DNA of 61,431 nt from a virus. The position numbers and the translations under genes are program-made. This document shows positions 20,301 through 26,300 of this stretch, one piece after another. A model generated the notes under the pieces. That model searched no databases. It worked only from the letters and a program-made list of their open reading frames with translations, and was not told the DNA's origin. Every line of letters begins with the position of its first letter. Position 1 is the stretch's first letter. The stretch is from the IMG/VR virus record IMGVR_UViG_3300045988_127488, one strand, 5' to 3'.

Positions 20301-23300
20301 TTGATAACGCTAAGTTCCTTGGCTGTATCAAGCGGATTCTCCTTGATAGCATCCTTAGCCATCTGTTCCAGGATGGCAGCTCCGTCCTCACCTGTCAAAC
20401 GAGCAAAAGCCTCATCGCAAATCTGCTCATCTGTCAGATGATTATAGTTAGGATCCTTCTTCAAATCGGCAAATAGCTGGGTCTGCATGATGAGTTTATC
20501 ACCATACTCTATAAGTTCCGGATTCATGTTCTTGGCAGCAGTACGCCAAAGATGCTGGTACTCATGAATAGGAGTATTAGGATTCAGATGCTCCTGGTTC
20601 AGCACAATCTCCTTGCCATCAGTGTAGCCATAAACTACACCCTTACCCTGCGCAAACTTGGTATGATCAACTATTTTCATATCCTCAGGCTTGAAGATAA
20701 CATAGTTGGTATCACCTTCCTCTGCACCACCAAAGTTACGACCAGCTTTATACTTGATGCCAGTGTAGCCAATAGAAGACAGGAACTTACTAACTGCACG
20801 ACTAGCATCTACATCTTTCCACTTTTTTGTTCTTCTTAAAGCATACATTAGAAAATCATAGGCATTACCGCCAAATGAACCATCAAAAGAAAAACCACGC
20901 TTTTTAAAGTCGTCAAAATCTATTTTTAATCGCCTTAATTCTTTAATGATTGTATTCTTCTGTTTATCTGTCAAAGGAGCATCCCAATCCAGATAGTTGC
21001 TGCCATTATCATCAGGTATATCCACCTCATAGAGATTATGATATGGCTCAGCCAACTTCTTCATTTCATTGTAGAAGTCAATCTTTTCCTGCTCTGTAAA
21101 CTTGTCATTCATGGCTATTTGCTTATCACCATGCAGGAATGATTCTAGAGTAGGATATTTCTTGGCGAACCTTGTACCATTGGAATGCTGAATGCGATAA
21201 TATGCCCTAGAAGGGTCATTGTCCATCAGAGTAGCATAATTCTTTCCAATCTTCTTAGATGATGTAACATAGCCACCCCAACCAAATGCTTGTGAACCTT
21301 CACCCTCGACCATGTGGTCGAAGTCAAACTCAGAAAAGCTAGCACCAGTACCATGATAAGTGCGTAAGAATCTCACTCCCGGCTCAGCAATAGCCTTCAA
21401 CTGTCTATCCAAATCCTTATATTTCGCAAACAAGGAATCAAGCTTATCTTGATATTTTTCAAAGGATTTATTCCTGCAATCATTCCAAACATCATCAGGA
21501 ATATCGTTTTCAGAATCCAGTCCATGCTCATCCATGTACTCCTTCATCAACTGATTTTGATACTCCTTACGTTCCTGCCCGGTTGACTTATAAGCCTCCT
21601 CAGTCTCCTTAATCTGCTTCTTCAATTCATCCTTCTTACTAGTCTGAGCAGCTATCTTATATGGGTCAAACTCCGAAGGGAAAGAGCCAGTAAGCCCAGC
21701 CACATTGTCCTCAAAGCTCTTGTCGAGATTGAAAACCTTGTAGTTTCCCCACATCAGCCTATTCAGGTAGGTACGTTCCTTTCTTGCCAGTTCCTGCTTC
21801 TGATAGTACTCCGGCATCTTATTCGGATTGCTCATATCCACCACGGCATACTGCGCCCATTTGTTTGGTCGCAAATCCTTGGCAAAGTTATAAGCATTCT
21901 CGGCAGCCTGCTTCTCCTCAGGAGTCTTAATCTTAAATCTCATTTCAGGCTGATTCAGCAGCATGGCAAGATTCAGATTATCCTGCGCATCAGCCACCTT
22001 CTCCATATCCTCGTTGCTAACCACCTTCACCGGAATACCAGCCTTCTTAAGCATAGTAGAAACAGCATCGTAAGCCACCTTCTGCGCCTCCGTCATATCA
22101 GATGGCTTCACCTCCTTCACATCGCGATCAAATTTTGCCTGTTCCTTCTGCACCATAGCATAGTCTGCAAAAGGTTTAGTCTTGCGGTCAGAAGACTCCA
22201 GCCACTTGTCAAAGGTAGCCTTAGGCACAGAAGTAACCTTACCAAGTCCCTTCCAGCCCTTGGAGTAGTTGGCAAGATAAGCCTCTGTAGCAGCCTCCTC
22301 AGAAGGATAGCCATACATCACCTTATGCTCGTCAAACTCACCAGTCTCTGGGTTCACCTGGTCAACAACATAAACGTTACCATCAAAAGAATCAAGGTCA
22401 GCAGCATCATTGATGAACATATCAATATGGTCACCATCCACACCAATCTTGCCCAAGATATAGCCATAAGTATCGTGCATGGTCACGCTCCAAGGCTTGC
22501 CCTGCTCGTCATTACCGCTACGTGTAGTTCCCTTCGGTGTCTCTACAGTAAAGTCATAGCCACCAAATGACAAATGTCCCTTCTTATAGTTACCTGCCTT
22601 CTTCTGAGCCTCAGAAGGGTTAGGCTCAGTCTCGGCAATGGCACTCTTTAAACGTTCTCCGAAGGATGCTTCTTGCGGTAGATGTGAGCCTCGAACAGCT
22701 GAGCCTTCGCCAGGTTCCATGCTGCCAGTCTCTTGTCGCCCTTTGCGTCCGCTATCAGAGCCTTCTCCAATCTCGGACTCAGAAGATGCTTCTCCGTTAC
22801 CAACTTCTTCGCCTTGGCTATTTCCTTCATCAACTCCTCTCCGTGAAGAGTCGCTACCCAGGCTACTGCCTCCTCCATATCCTTCTTCATTGCTTCTGTC
22901 ATCATAATCAGCTAATTCTGGTAAAATTGATTTGACATATTGTTTGTACTCTCGTTCACGATCCTCAATCTCCATCATACGGTCAAATTCAAGTCCATTG
23001 ATGTGATCAAGTTCGCTTTCAGACGGCAAAGATAACTCTTTTTCGTGAATATACGATTTATATTTCTCAATTTCTGCCTGTCTTTCGATAATTTCACGCT
23101 CTTTCTGTGCCTCATAATACTCTTCCTCGCTTGCAAGTTCATCTTCTGCAGCTGCTATGCGGTTCATGAAAGCCACATTTTTCATTTCCTTCACGCTGTC
23201 ATAAGACTTGAACATATCAAGAAGGGTATTACGAACATCCTGGTCGGTATATCCCATATCCAGCAAGTTTACAGGAAGGTCATTATATACCTTCACGGCA

Positions 23301-26300
23301 AATTCGTTAACCGACATACCGGTTCCTTTCTTGGCAATAAGATAATTGAACTTATTAGAATCATACCCCTTGCCAATACCAAACTTAAAATTACTCTTGC
23401 CCAACTCATATTGAAGAGATTCCGGATTCAAGCTATGAGGACTCAAATATTCTGATACTGCCTCTTCAAGAGTCTGAGGAGTCAAGTCCGTAATATCAAC
23501 AGAGGCATCCTTGTATATCTTTATTATTGCTCCAAGGTCATTCTTCTTGATGGCATCAGACACAAGAACCTTACGATGCTCAGAAGGGGTCATCATACCC
23601 TGTTCCTCCATTTCCTGCTGGCTAATTTCTGTTTTATAAAGTTTGCTGAGTTTATTAGCTTGTGCCTTCAAACCCTTTGCTGCAACCGACAAATTAGTCT
23701 GCAGAGCCTCCAGTTGAGCCTTTGTAGTATTCAATTCCATAAGTTGGGTAGGGTCCAGCTCTGTTTCGCCATTGATATACTGATCCAGCATATCATTCAC
23801 ACCATTTATCTTGCGTTCCACATCCTCCTGGGTATGATAAATGTCCTTGCGCTGAGAGGTAATATAGTCGGTAGCCTCATCCATAGTTGGATATTGCTTC
23901 TTCAATTCTTTATCATCAAGTACGAGCACATGGAAATCATCAGATGGCACGATGGCAGTTTCATCAACACCAGCCTTCTCCACCTCAGCCTTGCGCTCCT
24001 CCGTCATTGCTTTCACCTCATCAGGAGTCATCACGCTGTTGCGGATAGTATTCCAGTTCTTGAAACGAGCATCAAGATCAGCAATCTGCTCATTAACCAG
24101 ACTCAACTCATCTTCCACCTTCTTAGCCTTTTCCGGGTCAAGATCGGCATTTGTATCAAGCCAGTTCTGATATTCAGCAGCAGCCTTCCTCTTGTTGGCA
24201 AGTTGAGTCTTGATGTCATCACGGCTGCCATTAACCAGATTCAAAAGTTTGCCATGGTCTTCACCATACTGCTCCTGCAAATAATCAGCAGCCACCTTTG
24301 TATCTGTATCTTTTGAAGAATAATCAGGATGTCCCTCGCTCAATCCCACGATACCATCATTATATCGTTGCTTCTTTTCAGCCTCAGCCTGAGAAACTGC
24401 TTTCTGTTCACGTTCATCGTCCTCGCGATCCAAATGTTCATTGATTGTGTTGTCGAGCGCATTCTTGCGCCATGCTGCAAACTCCTCTTTAGATAGGGGA
24501 AGATAATCTTTGCCATCAGTAAGTACAATCTTTCCGTCCTCGCTATATCCGGCAAAGGTCATGTTGATATTAGCATCACCCTCCTCCATGGCAACTGTAA
24601 CCTGGTCATTCGGTTTCAAACCGCTGCCATCAAACTGGCTGATAAACTGCTTATTTCTTGCATCTTTCTGCTGAGCCACAGCTTTCTCGATGTATTGATC
24701 AAGAGGAACAGGAGTGCCCTTCTCTATAATACTTGCTTTAGATACCTGCTTAATCATAGGCTGTCCCTGCTCATCAGGAACAACAACAAAGGCTCCACCA
24801 TATTCGTTGTCTTTTTTCAGGAACACCTGTTTTCCGCTATCCAGAGTAGCTGGCACGATGTTTCCGTCTTCCGTCTGGTATGGCCAGAGCTGTTCCTTCA
24901 AAGCCTCACCATAGCCATCATCGGCATGCTGCAGAGCATCAATAGCGCCCTTCTTGGCATCCATTGCCTCTACATACTTACTGATAGCCTCTTTTTGTGC
25001 TGGAGTCAAACTACTTGCACGCTGAGCCACAAACTGATCCATATCTCTACCTTCATTATAGGCATTGGCTACAATATCAGGCATCTTCTCGTTATCAGCA
25101 AACGCTCGCTTCAAACGTCCTGTAGCTAAATCACTATTATAATCGATAGCCTGCAAAGCCTCAGAATCCCCATTCTTATAGGCATTCTGTCCCATAACAA
25201 AAGCATCAGAGCCTGCAACCTTTGTCTCAGGACTTGCACCCTCAGCAGAAGAGTTTGAAACGTTTGCAGGGTTTGCAGCAACTTCTGCATCACTCGGAGT
25301 TGGTACGGATTTGGTACGGTCTTGGTACGAAGCAGGTCCCTCTGAAACTGGAGGCTCCTGACCACCAGCAGAACCCTCAACAGGAGATACCGGGTTTTCG
25401 CCTTCAATCCTCTTCTGCTCATTACCATGTGAAGTATTATAGAGATCATCCATCGTCTGCTTCATTTCACGTTTCAGTTCGATGGAGTTGTAAAGCTCCT
25501 TAAGATAAGATTCCACCAAAGGTGCATATTTCTTATCTTTCGACTCCAAAGCCTTACGAAGTGTACCGCGCGCCACGCCATGGGAATCCTCAAACGTGTT
25601 GACAAACTCCCTCATCACAGAACTGTTCTCCAAAGCACTGTCATAATAATGACGATAGGCATTAATCTGCTTCTGCTCCTCATCAGTAAGGATAATACCC
25701 TTCTGCTGCTTATCCATGATTTCCTTGATGGCACCAGCATTCTGATGAAGATAAACCGCTGCCTTATCCTCATCTGTCAATTTCTCACCCATATTATATT
25801 TCTGGGCAGCCTTGTTGTATAAGCCTTCAAGATGCTCCTGCGTAAACTCATTGTGGAACTCACCTTCCAGCACAGAAGCCAAACCAAGAGTCTTCTCATA
25901 CTCCAGTTTCTTCTCATCATTACGTGCAGCATCATGAGAAGAATACTCCTTGCGGTCGATTACGCCTCCATCCTTATTATAGGTTTCCAAATAGTACTTA
26001 CCATCGTCACCTCTATATACCTCGCTATCAATAACAGGCGAGAAAGAAGAAGGTCGCTTGCCTTCCACCACAGCCATCATCTTAGCCTTCAACACCTCCG
26101 GAACACTCTTGTCGTTCATCAGGTTCATATATTTCTGGGTAAGCTGTCCATCAAGTCGCTGGGCATTTTCGCCAACCACGGCATACTCCCCGATACCTAC
26201 CTTCTCAAAAGCATCACGAAGACCATCATAGCCGAATCTCTTCAACTCGGCAATATCCTGATCTGTGAAGTCAAACTTCTTATTAAACTCCCTCGCATCC